A stretch of 64,000 nt of DNA. Origin: the human T2T-CHM13v2.0 reference genome, Homo sapiens. Below the pieces are notes generated by a model. That model was given only the letters and a program-made list of their open reading frames with translations, had not been told where the DNA came from and did no database searches. The DNA is taken from NCBI RefSeq assembly GCF_009914755.1, contig NC_060928.1; one strand, given 5' to 3'. Below, in pieces: positions 13,521-28,766 of the stretch (positions are counted from its first letter, which is position 1; each line of letters opens with the position of its first letter). Made by a program: the position numbers and the translations under genes.

Positions 13521-16500
13521 TTTTTTTTATCATTATACTTTAAGTTCTGGGATACATGTGCAGAAGGTGCAGGTTTGTTACATAGGTATACATGTGCTAT
13601 GGTGGTTTGCTGCACCCATCAACCCATCACCTAGGTTTTAAGCCTTGCATGCATTAGGTATTTCTCCTAATGCTATCCCTCTCCTTGCCCCCCATTCCCC
13701 AATGGGCTCCAGTGTGTGATGTTCCCCTCCCTATGTCCATGTGTTCTCATTGTTCAACTCCCACTTATGACTGAGAATATGTGGTATTTGGTTTTCTGTC
13801 CCTGTGGTAGTTTGCTGAGAATGATGGTTTCCAGCTTCATTTATGTCCCTGCAAAGGAAATGAACTCATTCTTTTTTATGGCTGCATAGTATTCCATGGT
13901 GTATACTAGCCACATTTTTTTTATCCAGTCTATCATTGATGGGCATTTGGGTTGGTTCCAAGTCTTTGCTGTTGTAAATAGTACTGCAATAAACATATGT
14001 GTGCATGTGTCTTTATAATAGAATGATTTATAATCCTTTGGGTATATACTCTGTAATGGGATTGCTGGGTCAAATGGTATTTCTAGTTATAGATCCTTGA
14101 GGAATTGCCACACTGTTTTCTGCAATGGTTGAACTAATTTACACTCCCACCAACAGTGTACAAGCATTCCTATTTCTCCACATCCTCGCCAGCATCTACT
14201 GCTTCCAGACTTGTTAATAATCACCATTCTAACTGGCATGAGATGGTATCTCATTGTGGTTTTGATTTGCATTTCTCTAATGACCAGTGATGATGAGCTT
14301 TTTTTCATGTTCGTTGGCTGCATAAATGTCTTCTTTTGACAAGTGTCTGTTCATATCCTTCATCCACTTTTTGATGGGGTTGTTTGTTTTTTTCTTGTAA
14401 ATTTGTTTTCTTTCCTTGTAGATTCTAGATATTAGACCTTTGTCAGATGGATAGATTGCAAAAATTTTCTCCCATTCTGTAGGTTGCCTGTTCACTCTGA
14501 TGATAGTTACTCTTGCAGTGCAGAAGCTCTTTAGTTTAATTAGATCCCATTTGTCAGTTTTGGCTTTCGTTGCAATTGCTTTTGATATTTTAGTCATGAA
14601 GTCTTTGCCCATGCCTATGTCCTGAATGGTATTACTTAGGTTTTCTTCTAGGGTTTTTGTGGTTTTAATCTTATGTTTAGGTCTTTAATTCATCTTGAGT
14701 TAATTTTTGTATAAGGTGTAAGGATGGGGGGTCCAGTTTCAGTTTTCTGCATATGGCTAGCCAGTTTTCCCAACACCACTTATTAAATAGGGAATCCTTT
14801 CCCCATTGCTTGTTTTTGTCAGGTTTGTTAAAGATCAGATGGTTGTAGATGTGTGGCGTTATTTCTGAGGCCTCTGTTCTGTGCCATTGGTCTATATATC
14901 TATTTTGGTACCAGTACCATGCTGTCTTGATTACTGTAGCCTTGTAGGATAGTTTGAAGTCAGGTAGTCTGATGCCTCCAGCTTTGTTCTTTTTGCTTAG
15001 GATTGTCTTGGCTATATGGGCTCCTTTTTTGGTTCCATATGAAATTTAAAGTAGTTTTTTCTAATTCTGTGAAGAAAGTCAATAGTAGCTTGGTGGGAAT
15101 AGCATTGGATCTATAAATTACTTTGGGCAGTGTGGCCATTTTCACAATATTGATTCTTCCTATCCATAAGCATGAAATTTTTTTCCATTTGTGTCCTGTC
15201 TTATTTCCTTGAGCAGTGGTTTGTAGTTCTCCTTGAAAAGGTCCTTCACTTCCCTTGTAGGTTGTATTCCTAGGTATTTTATTTTCTTTGTAGCAATTGT
15301 GAATGGGAGTTCACTTACGATTTGATTCTCTGTTTGCCTATTATTGGTGTATATGAATGCTTGTGATTTTTGCACATTGCTTTGTATCCTGAGACTTCAC
15401 TGAAGTTACTTATCAGCTTAAGACATTTTTGGGCTGAGATGATGGGGTTTTCTAGATATACAATCATACAATCATGTCATCTGCAAACAGAGACAATTTC
15501 ATTTTCTCTCTTCCTATTTGAATACTCTTTATTTCTTTCTCTCGGCTCATTACCCTGCCAGAACTGCCAATACTATGGTGAATAGGAGTGGTGAGAGAGG
15601 GCATCCTTCTCTTGTGCCAGTTTTTACAGGAAATGCTTCCAGCTTTTGCCCATTTAGTATGGTATTGGTTATGGGTTTGTCATAAATAGCTCTTATTATT
15701 TTGAGATATGTGCCATCAATACCTAGTTTATTAAGAGTTTTTAGCCTGAAGGGGTGTTGAATTTTTCAAAAGCATTTTCTGCATCTATTGAGATAATCAT
15801 GTGGTTTTTGTCATTGGTTCTGTTTATGTGGTGGATTATGTTTATTGATTTGCATATGTTGAACCAGCCTTGCATCCCAGGGTTGAAGCCGACTTAATTG
15901 TGGTGGATAAGCTTTTGATGTGTTGCTGACTCCTGTTTGCCAGTATTTTCTGAGGATTTTCGCATCAATGTTCATCAGGGGTATTGGCCTGAAAGTTTCT
16001 TTTTCTGTTGTGTCTCTGCCAGGTTTTTATATCAGGATGATGCTGGCCTCATAAAATGGTTTAGGGAGGAGTCCCTTTTTTTCTATTGTTTGAAATAGTT
16101 TCAGAAGGAATGGTACCAGCTCCTATTTGTACTTTTGGTAGAATTTGGCTGTGAATCTGTCTGGTCCTGGGCATTTGTTGGTTGGTAGGCTATTAATTAC
16201 TGCCTCAATGTTTGGTCTATTCAGGGATTCGACTTTTTCCTGGTTTAGTCTTGAAAGGGTGTATGTGTCCAGAAATTTATCCATTTCTTCTAGATTTTCT
16301 AGTTTACTTGCGTAGAGGTGTTTATAGTATTCTCTGATGGTAGTTTGTATTTCTGTGGAATCAGTGGTGATATCCCCTTTATCATTTTTTATTGTGTCTA
16401 TTTGATTCTTCTCTCTTTTCTTCTTTATTAGTCTGGTTAGCACTCTATCTATTTTGTTAATCTTTTCAAAAAACCACCCTCTGGATTCATTTATTTTTTG

Positions 16501-17984
16501 AAGGGCTTTCATGTCTCTATCTCCTTCAGTCGTGCTCTGATCTTAGTTATTTCTTGTCTTCTGCTAGCTTTTGACTTTGTTTGCTCTTGCTTCTCTAGTT
16601 CTGTTAATTGTGATGTTAGTTTGTTGATTTTAGATCTTTCCCACTTTCTGATGACGGCATTTAGTGCTATAAATTTCCCTCTTAACACTGCTTTAGGTGT
16701 GTCCCAGAGATTCTGGTACATTGTGTCTTTGTTCTCATTGGTTTCAAATAACTTATTCATTTCTGCCTTAATTTCGTTATTTACCCAGTAGTCATTCAGG
16801 AGCAGGTTGTTCAGTTTCCATTTAGTTGTGTGGTTTTGTGTGTTTCTTAATCCTCAGCTCTAATTTGATTGTCTGAGAGGCTTTTTGTTATGATTTCCAT
16901 TCTTTTGCATTTGCTGAGGAGTGTTTTACTTCCAATTATGTGATTGATTTTAGAGTAAGTGGTAAGTGGTGCTGAGAAGAATGTATATCCTGTTGATTTG
17001 GGGTGGAAAGTTCTGTAGATGTCTATTAGGTCTGCTTGGTCCAGTGCTGAGTTTGAGTCATGAATATCCTTGTTAATTTTCTGTCTCGTTGATATGTCTA
17101 ATATTGACAGTGGGGTGTTAAAATCTCCTACTATTATTGTCTGGGAGTCTCAGTCTCTTTGTAGGTCTCTAAGAACTTGTTTTATGAATCTGGGTGCTCC
17201 TGTATTGGGTGCATGTATATTTAGGATAGTTAGCTCTTCTTGCTGCATTGTTCCCTTTACCATTATGTAATGCCCCTTTTTGTCTTTTTTGAGCTTTGCT
17301 GGTTTAAAGTCTGTTTTATCAGAGACTAGCATTGCAACCCCTGCTTTCTGTTGCTTTCCATTTGCTTGGTAAATAGTCCTCCATCCCTTTATTTTGAGTC
17401 TATGTGTTTCTCTGCACATGAAACGGATCTCCTGAATACAGCACACTGATGGGTCTTGACTCTTTATCCAACTTGCCAGTCTGTGTCTTTTAATTGGGGC
17501 ATTTAGTCCATTTACATTTAAGGTTGATATTGTTATGTGTGAATTTGATCCTGTCATCGTGATTCTACCTGGTTATTTTGCACGTTAGTTGATGCAGTTT
17601 ATTCATAGTGTGGTTGGTCTTTATATTTGGTATGTTTTTGCAGTGTCTGGTACTGGTTTTTCCTTTCCATATTTAGTGCTTCCTTCAGGAGCTCTTGTAA
17701 GGCAGGCCTGGTGGTGACAAAAGCATTTGCTTGTCTGTAAAGGATTTTATTTCTCCTTCGCTTATGAAGCTTAGTTTGGCTGGATATGAAATTCTGGGTT
17801 GAAAATTCTTTTCTCTAAGAATGTTGAATATTGACCCCCACCCTCTTCCGGCTTGTAGGGTTTCTGCAGAGAGATCCACTGTTAGTCTGATAGGCTTCCT
17901 TTTGTAGGTAACCTGACCTTTCTCTCTGGCTGCCCTTAACATTTTTTCCTTCATTTCAATGTTGGTAAATCTGATGAGTATGTG
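13521..17984 (-). mobile_element. L1PA7/8-like LINE-1, 5'-truncated (about 4.5 kb), disabled
   Basis: Poly(T) and 3'UTR; fragmented ORF2 starting MTGSNSHITISTLNVNGLN at 17557; ORF1 C-terminal part (EKNFQPRISYPAKLSFISEGEIK); many stops and frameshifts. Confidence 0.97.
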
Positions 17985-18054
17985 ATTCCACCAAATATAT
18001 AAAAGTTTGGGACTTTAATTGTCTTAAAATACTTACATTTCATTTTTAGTCTTC

Positions 18055-18165
18055 CAATATTGCTCTCAGTCTTATATATTAGATATATGATATATTTAAA
18101 AATCATACAATATATTCATATATAACATATGTATAATATATATGCCCCCCCCCACATACACACAA
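18055..18165. repeat. TA-rich low-complexity tract
   Basis: Degenerate (TA)n followed by a C run and CA repeats. Confidence 0.6.
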
Positions 18166-18189
18166 CATCTAATCCAAATCACAGAACAT

Positions 18190-18490
18190 TTACTCATTTA
18201 ATTGTTCAACAAAAATTTTTTTGTACACCTACAATCTGTAGATAGTATCATAGGCTCTTGGGTTGTATCAGTGAAAAAGTGAAAAACTTCTACCCTAGTG
18301 GAGCTTGCATTTTAGCAGATGGAGACAATAAACAATAAGCATAATACATAACCAAATTATAAAGTATATTAGAAGGCAGCAAGTGCTACTGAATAGAATA
18401 AAAGGTAAGGCAGAATAACAGAGATGAGTGGGTTGAAGCTTGTAATTAGAGTGGTCAGTGTAGGCCTCCTTTGAACAAAGCCTTGAAGAA
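18190..18490 (-). mobile_element. L2 3' fragment
   Basis: TCATTTAATTGTTCAACAAA...GGAGCTTGCATTTTAGCAG...GAGACAATAAACAA. Confidence 0.7.
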
Positions 18491-18869
18491 ATAAGTTACT
18501 TGAGTTTTATAAATATGATCATATATACTATATAAAATACAATCCCTATTGCTATTATTCTCTTCCACTTGATTTTTCTAAGGTGAATGAATTTTCCTTT
18601 ATTATGTGTGTATCTTCTCTTTTTTGGACTCCAATCTTCTTGAGAGAAAGAAGTGAGTCTTATTCTATCTTTCTTTTTCAAAACCCTAGGGCTATGCTTT
18701 GTATAATATTTGGAGATTATGAATTGAATTGTTTAATAAGATATGTTTAGAAACTGAAACATCTAATGACAGTTTTGGCAATAGGATTTTAATTATTAAA
18801 ATAAAAACAAACCATTGCCATTTTTCTTGAACTTGTTTCTTTAACACTCTGTATAAAAACATCCAGTGC

Positions 18870-19297
<428 letters not shown>

Positions 19298-19764
19298 TTA
19301 AAAAACAATAATTAATAGTATACGTCCTCACAAGTAGCCTACAAATGTAAATATGAAACAGGTAAGTAATAAAAATCCAGGATCTTCAATCCATACAAGT
19401 TTTTAAGAGTATAAGTTAGACTCTAGGGTTTTGAGTAGTGTATATAATTCTTGGGTGTTTGGACACTTACTACACTCTCACAGTGTAGGCTCCTTACAAT
19501 TTCATTAGAGCCAAGAGAGACAGAGAGCAAAAGAAAGAAAGAGGAGTTAATTTACAGGTAATAGTCATAAATGGAATATTTCCTAAAAAGAAGTCAAACA
19601 CCTTTGGAGATGGAGTTGACAAAGTAAACTTTGAGAAACTGTAGACAGAGAGATGCAAAGAAATAATCATTCCAACTATAGGCAATAATGTCTATGAGGA
19701 AGATTCATGAGAAAGAGAAGATTAGCAAAATACTGCAGAGCAGTAAAATAAAATACCCTATGTC

Positions 19765-20066
19765 ACTGGGCATGGTGGCTCGCACCTTGTAACCCCAGCA
19801 CTTTGAGAAGCCAAGGGGAAGGGTCATTTGAGCCCAGGAGTTGGAGACCAGCTTGGGCTGGTAACAAAGTGAGACCTTGTCACTAGAAAAAATAAAAAAA
19901 ATTAGCCCAGCATGGTGGAGCATGCCTGTGGTCCCAGCTACACGGAAGGCTGAGACAGGAGAGTCGCTTGAGACCAAGGAGGTTGAGGCTGTAATTGCAC
20001 CACTACACTCTAGGCTGGGCGACAGAGGGAGACCCTGTCTCAAAACATAAATAAATAATAATAAAT
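19765..20066 (+). mobile_element. AluJ
   Basis: Diverged Alu; TSD ATACCCTATGTC (19753-19764 and 20067-20078). Confidence 0.92.
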
Positions 20067-20317
20067 ATACCCTATGTCTATATATCTGTATCTGTATCCA
20101 CATCTATAACTATGTTTGGAACAAATAGGAACATACACAAATCTGTGTACTAATCTGTCTTTTCAAATAAGTCCTCCAGCATCCTTATGATAATTGGAAG
20201 CTAACAGCAGAAGCACACTCCATTATTTGTGCTTTGTTGTGTATAATATAAATATATCCAAAATTCAAAATTAATTTAATAGTAAACTACATAAAAGTTG
20301 TGGCTATTGTAGCAATT

Positions 20318-20616
20318 CTTTTTTTTTTTTTTTTTTTTTAGATGAAGTCTTGCTCTTGTCGCTCAGGCTGGAGTGCAATAGTGCGATCTCAGCTCACTGC
20401 AACCTCTGCCTCCCAGATTCAAGTGATTCTTCTGCCTCCCCGAGTAGCTGGGATTACAGGCGCCTGCCTCCACACCCAGCTAATTTTTGTATTTTTAGTA
20501 GAGATAGGGTTTCACCATGTTGACCAGGCTGGTCTCAAACTCCTGACCTTAGGCGATCCACCCGCCTCGGCCTCCCAAAGTGCTGGGATTACAGGCAAGA
20601 GCCACCATGCCTGGCC
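20318..20616 (-). mobile_element. AluS (Sx/Sq-like)
   Basis: Antisense Alu; TSD CTATTGTA(GC/AA)AATTCTT. Confidence 0.94.
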
Positions 20617-22094
20617 CTATTGTAAAAATTCTTAACTAGTGATCATTCTCATTTAATTTTTTTGTCCTTATAGAAACCTGTCAGACACAATTAAAGATAC
20701 ACTTTGGAACATGGCAGTCCTGGCTTTGTTACTCAGAACTGACAGTTCAATGAAGCACCATCCTTATAGAATGTTGCCTCTACAAATTGTGCTTCTGATG
20801 GCACGTTAAGTATTTTAGAAGTAATGATTAAAAAAAAAGAAAGATTTAGAGTCAATTCTCTCAACCTATGTAACCAATACAGTAAACAACAACAAAAACC
20901 ACAAGATCCTTTCAAAGGGTAGATTATTACTTATTTCTTTCTTGGCATACATCTGGACTTTAGCTCAAGAGTGGTCTTGAAAGTTAGTAATCCCTTATTA
21001 ACATTTTGTTACTTGGTTTCTATCTGTGAGAATGCTAAAAGCAAAATTAAAATTAAAAAGATGCTAGAGAAGTTGCTAAGCACTTTGATATGAGTGCTGC
21101 ACGGTATCAGCAGGCTGCAATCTGATCTGGATGTGTCTGACACAGCAGCTATTGGAATATGTATGAAGAATTTCTGAGAAATTTGTAGGAAATGCCTTGT
21201 AAATTATCGACAACAATTCCGACCTTTGCTCACCAATCAGGAACAGCCACCAAAATGACAATAAAACATTCTCCACAGCCTCCTGGAGAAATTCCAGAAG
21301 TCTCAGTAGAGCCACAGGAAAAAGGAATTTTCCTGCCTAGATTGGAACTAAATTTATGGAAAGGAGTAACAACTAAGGAACAGCATAAAAAACTTATGAT
21401 GCTTACTGGCTTCTTCCCAAGAGAATACAAATGAACAGAAAATTCAAAGAGCACAGATCTACTTTCTTCTGTCTTTACCTTTTTAAAAATATGTAAAATT
21501 ATCAAGTTTCATTTTAGCTCTTTCAAAAGACTAGTGCTCATTAATTAAAAGGGAGAATAAAAAATAGCTACCACAAGCTTGGAGCAATTACGTATCTTTC
21601 TCTCTCTTTCTGAATAAACAAAATTTTCACTTTATTCACAGTGCACAGAGAAACATAGTTTTGAGCTCAATTTTCCTTCCATTCTGCCCAGATTTTTGCA
21701 GTGAATTTGAAAAAGTGATTTCTTTTTGTACTTCTTTTACCAACAAAAATGAGTTTAAAGGATAATCTTTTGACCCTGGTATTTGATGGCTTTAAAAGTG
21801 CTGGAATTTCAGGAAAAACTGTGTTATATAAATTTTAATATTGTCAGGTTGTTCTTTGACAATGTATTATTTTAGATATGCTGTTTTGGGGAATCACATA
21901 GAGAAAACACATTTTAGGAAAAATGAAATTGTGTTAAGAAACTATTATTTACTTGTTACTGAATTGGTAAATGCTTATTGAGTACCTGCCATGAGCTGGG
22001 CATGTGAATGGATACTATGCAATCTTCAAATAATATGACATTCATGATCCAATGCAGTATTCAAAGAATTATATGTTTCTGTTAATCAGGCCAT

Positions 22095-22300
22095 ATTTGT
22101 GGTGGTTAATGACATGGGTTCTAGAATCAGATGGCACTGGGTTTGAATTCAGGCTTTACATTTACTGGCTGTATGGCCTCGAGCAAGATGTTTAAACTGT
22201 TTAAGCCTCAGTTTGCTCATCTGTAAAATAAGAATAATAATAGTACCTACCTCATAGGGTTGTTGTGACACTTAAATGAAATAATATATATGGCATAAAG
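22095..22300 (+). mobile_element. MIR
   Basis: CTGGGTTTGAATTCAGGCT...GCCTCAGTTTGCTCATCTGTAAAAT...TACCTACCTCATAGGGTTGTTGTGA. Confidence 0.88.
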
Positions 22301-24789
22301 ACACTAATTTATTTTTAATTTTCCTTCATGCCTAAAAATCAGCAGGAATGTAATGGTTACCTTTTTATTTCCTTTTTTCTTCCCTCTTTCTTCTCATCTC
22401 CTTCCCTCCTTTTCCCTCTTTTGTCCTTTTCCTCTTTCTCTCCGAAGCAGCCTACATATTTTGGTGTAGATGGTGGGATGAGGTGTGAAGATAATTGCCT
22501 TTTATGGCTTTTCTTGTGTGTGTGTGTAAACTTGAGCTCATCGTGGGAAATATACTATAGAAAGAAGAGGAAAACAGAAGTAACAGGAAGGAGGAGAAAG
22601 ATTTTTCCTAGACTGGGAAGAGCCCAGAGATATGTGGGTTCTGTGATGAGCAGGAACTTGAGTCCAGATCTGTGGCAGTGGCGAGAGGTGGCATGACCTT
22701 GGTAGGCGCTCACATGGTGCTCCCTGTACGTGGGGCCTGGCACCCAGACTTCCAGCCTCTCAACATCCTTACAACCAGGCTTGGCATGGACATGCTAGAA
22801 CTGCCTGTTTTCAAAAGACTAAAGTGTTTCAACAATTTTATGTGAGTTTATAGTAAATAGCTGTCATAAAAGTGGGCCAGATGATAGAGATTGGTCCTCA
22901 TTTTCTGGAAATCCCATAAACCTTACATATTTTTTGGTGATCTTGGGAAGAAAGAAGTACCCATCAATAATTACTGCAATTGAATTCCTAGTCAGTTTGG
23001 CAGGAATTTGGTTTGGCATATAATTTAATTTGATTTCAAGGCTATAAGCATATATAACTTTCCAAATAGCAGGTACATGTATATAGAGCATTCAAGATAG
23101 TACCTGGCAAATAGTAAGCACTTAATAAATGACACCTATTACAATGGCATCTTTAATTCCCATAGAAAACATTTTATTACTTTAATCTTTCTAAGGCTGT
23201 AGCTGCTTGCAAAGGTTGTTAAGTTTCCTGTGCTACATGAATCACCAATATCTGAGTAGTTCATGTGCTCTCATGTATTGTATAATGGACAATGGCATCC
23301 CAGTTGCAGCACAATAAGAATGTATATCACATCCAGTTTAAATTGAGTGTTCCAAGTATGTTAAGATATGGAATGGGAGTTGTCAATTAAATGGAGCTAT
23401 CACTCCATTATCAACCAAGATTCCAATGCATATGCTAACGTCAATGAGTTAGAGATTCCAGAGTGAGACAGTTAATAGACCTGTGAGTTTCTCCCTGCTC
23501 TCCTATAATTGAGCTTTGAGGCCTTATGCTGAACAGAAGTTATCTAGGTGGAATGGAATAAATCCCCAGGGTTTCTAACCAAGCCCAAGTCTAACCCAGC
23601 TGCAGGAAAGCTCATTTAACTTGCAGACCTTTGCATCAGCTTCTCACAAGCTCCTCCTTCCTGAGGATTGTGTTCTCAGCATTCATCTCTCACCCTCACC
23701 ATGGAACCGTACTCTGATGAGCATCTAAGAAACACAGAAACTCAGAAATGAAACCATGTGGCTCTGGCACTGCTGACATAGAATCACTGATATTTCAAAT
23801 ATCAGACTTCTCAAAAAGAAGTATGTAAACTCCCTATTCCTGTAATTGCTCAAATTACTATCTTTGAACACTTATATATTTCTCTGTTGGACCTGATTAA
23901 AGTACCAAGAAATTATATTTTACTAAGTTTTCTAAAATGAACATTTGAAAAGCCTCATGTTAAACTAAAATCCCTACTTTTTCTGTAGAAGTTTGCCTTT
24001 TGGATAGAGCATGGGAAAATCTGAACTAAACAAACAGGTGAGAAAATAGAGGCAAAGAGAGGTCAGAGTCATATGGTTAAACATTGGCAAAGCATGAGTT
24101 TAGACTCAGACAGTCTGGCCCTAAGCCCGATTTGACCATTGTGCTGTACGTTTGTTTGTTTGCTATTTACACTCACATTTCACCTTTTCCAAGTTGCTTA
24201 TTCATGCCCTTTGCCCATTGTTCTGTTTTCCTCAGATATATGCAAGAGTCCTTGGAATGTTAAACTTTTGCCACATACTTGTTGCAAATAGTTTTCCTAG
24301 ATTGTCCTTTATGCTTTACGTTGTTATGTGTTATGTGTTTTGAGGGTTTTAAAATTTTGTTATTTAAAATGTTTTTGAGCCTTTTGTCTATCAGCCTTTT
24401 GACACATTTAACAAGCATTTTAACTATTCAAATCACAAAAATATTTGTCTTTTTCATTTATAAATTTTTTTTCCTTTTTTAACTTTAATTCTTGACTGTA
24501 TGGAATTCATTTTGGCAAAAGATAAATCGTCAACTGAATTTTTTCTCTCAAATGACTATGCAGTAGTCAAAAAAGAAGTTCATTGATTAATAAATCTTTT
24601 AACACTGATTTAAGTTACAGCTTTTGTCATATATTAAATCCTCTCATAGAGTTGGATCTCTGTCAATATTATCTGACTAAACTTAAACTGCATTGTTTCA
24701 TGCGTTGTTTCATGATTTTATTTTTATACCCTGTAATAGCCAGTACCAAAGGTCCCTAATTCATTATTCTTTTCTGGAAAGAAATGGCC

Positions 24790-25541
24790 TGTTTTGACTC
24801 AATGATATGGTTTGGATTTGTGTCCCTTCCCAAATCTCATGCCCAGTTGTAATCCCCAGTGTTAGAGGAGGGGCCTGGTGGGAGGTGATTGGATCATGGG
24901 GGCAGAATCCCCCTTGCTGTTCTCATGATAGCGAGTGAGTGCTCAGGAGATCTGGTTGTTTAAAAGTGTGTAGCCCTGCCCCTTTCTCTCTTTTGCTCCT
25001 GCTCCAGCTGTGTAAGATGTACCTGCTTCCCCTTCACCTTCCTCCATGACTGTAAGCTTCCTAAGCCCTCCCCAGCCATGCTTCCTCTACAGCTTGTGGA
25101 ACCCTGAGCCAATTAAACATCTTTTCTTGATAAATTACCCAGTCTCAGATAGTTCTTTATAGCAATGTGAGAATGGACTAATACACTGTATATTTGTTTT
25201 CCTTGCCAAATTAGTACATTGAAATCTTAATCCCCACTGTGATGGTCTTAGGAGGTGGAGACTTTGGGAGGTGATTAGGTCTTGAGGGTACGGCCTTCAT
25301 GAATGGGATTAGTGTGCTTATAAAAGAGACCCCAGGAAGCTCTCTAATCCTCTTGCTGTCACATTAGGGTACAATGAGGAGTCAGGAGTCTGCAACATGG
25401 AAGAGAGCTCTCACCAGAATCCGATCATGCTGGCACCCTAATTTCAAATTTCCAGCCTCCAGAACTGTAAGAAATAAATCTCTGCTGTTTATAAGCCACC
25501 CAGTTTATAGGACTTTGTTGTGGTATCCCAAACTACGATAC
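24790..25541 (+). mobile_element. MLT1A-like MaLR LTR, interrupted by MSTA
   Basis: ATGAATGGGATTAGTG...TTATAAAAGAGACCCCAG; CCAGCCTCCAGAACTGTAAGAAATAAA; first 13 bp or so lie at 24790-24802. Confidence 0.8.
24803..25185 (+). mobile_element. MSTA-like MaLR solo LTR
   Basis: TGATATGGTTTGG...GGACTAATACA termini and MST internal motifs. Confidence 0.9.
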
Positions 25542-25966
25542 TTACTGACTGCTCTTTCTGTAAACGTGCTATTCCAGGGAAATTTAAGAGTAATTTTAGA
25601 AACAAGATCTCCTGTCTACCCAAGTTCCAGTGAAATTTTTATAGGAACTGCATTGATATCATTAAGTTGATTGATTTGGATGGAACTGAAATCTTTAAAT
25701 TATCAAATTTTGTCATCCAATAACATGAGTTTTTTCATTCATTCGTCTTTTAATAGAGTTTTAATCATAGGTTTTCCACATTTCATACTAAATCTGTTCA
25801 TAGATTTTGTTTTATCCGGTTATTATGAATAATATCTTTTCCTTTTTTGTATTTTCTGATTTTTGTTTTACAAAGGCAAGTTTTTGATTTTTTTAGTGTA
25901 TTTTAAAATAAATACTAATTAAACTATTTTAAATAATAACTAACTGTGTTATTGAGCCCTCTTTTT

Positions 25967-27690
<1,724 letters not shown>

Positions 27691-28766
27691 TAAATGTTTT
27701 TCAGTAGCTTTTTTTTGGGTTTTCAAGTCGACAAATATATTACCTGCCATAATGGTACTTTACTGCCTTATATGTATGTTTGCGTATGTATACTTTCATA
27801 TATATCCTTTACCTTTTTGGGTATAATTATATTAGTTAGTATTTCCAGGTTTACTGTAAGTGAGCAACCATTTTTACAGTAGACTTGAAATTTTTGATTA
27901 ATTTGATATTAATCAGATTTTACTATAGTAGCATTTTTCAACTTATTAAAAGCCATAGCCCCTAAATACCTTACCGTTCTATATTCTGTGTATCTCACAC
28001 TGAAGAAAATATTGTCAATTTTGCTTTCTGTTGCTTTTTAAAACTGTGAAAACAATTTGTAAACGGAATATATATGTTTTTTGAATGTATCTCTTTCCCA
28101 TCCATCCCTATTCCCATCCTATAGACTCTGGCAGACGGGCTGGAGGTTCTGGTTAAGAATCAGTGTTCAGCGTTTAACCATATAGCATGATTCCAGTTGT
28201 TTGCTGGATCTTAAGGTATTTTTAAAGGTCTTGTTAGTTATTTTAAATGTATCTTATAATTTCGAACTATCACCATATTACTGGAATGAACTCCACATGA
28301 CATGATGTGGTATTCTTTTAATATTTTTTTTAATGTAGCATGAGATTTAAGGGTTTCATTTTAAAGAAATTTCCTGTAGATCCTTTCAGTATGTAACAAA
28401 TCAAAAACTTCTTAACAAAATGGTTTCAAGAAAAAGTGATTTAAATACTTGATTGGCTATTTAGAGTCAATATTTGATCAATTAGAAGTAAAAGGAAAGG
28501 CAGAAACTGTAAAATTGTAGGTGAAAAAAGAAATCTAAATTACCAAAAGCTGAGCTACATACATTTCTATGTATTAAATAACTTTGAATGTAACTATCTG
28601 GGGTCTAACTCACTGAGGTAAATGCTCTGATGGGCCATCAGGACAAAGCACCCAGAAGTTTAAAATGGTGGAGTTTACTAAATCTTTAACTTACCAAACA
28701 ACAAACAGTGAAAACTACTTTATTCCAGCAAGAATCTTGTTTTGCAAAAAAAAATTAAAACAATGT

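Noticed and set aside
14087-17954. ORFs with endonuclease, RT-region and ORF1 similarity
   Set aside because: Fragments of a dead, 5'-truncated L1; not a host gene or an active element
19500-19745. Purine-rich stretch that looked like a pseudogene relic
   Set aside because: Stops in the frame tested, no recognisable protein, and better explained as degenerate antisense L2
23705-23740. CTGATGA...GAAAC hammerhead-like spacing
   Set aside because: The intervening GCATCTAA cannot form stem II and flanking stems are absent
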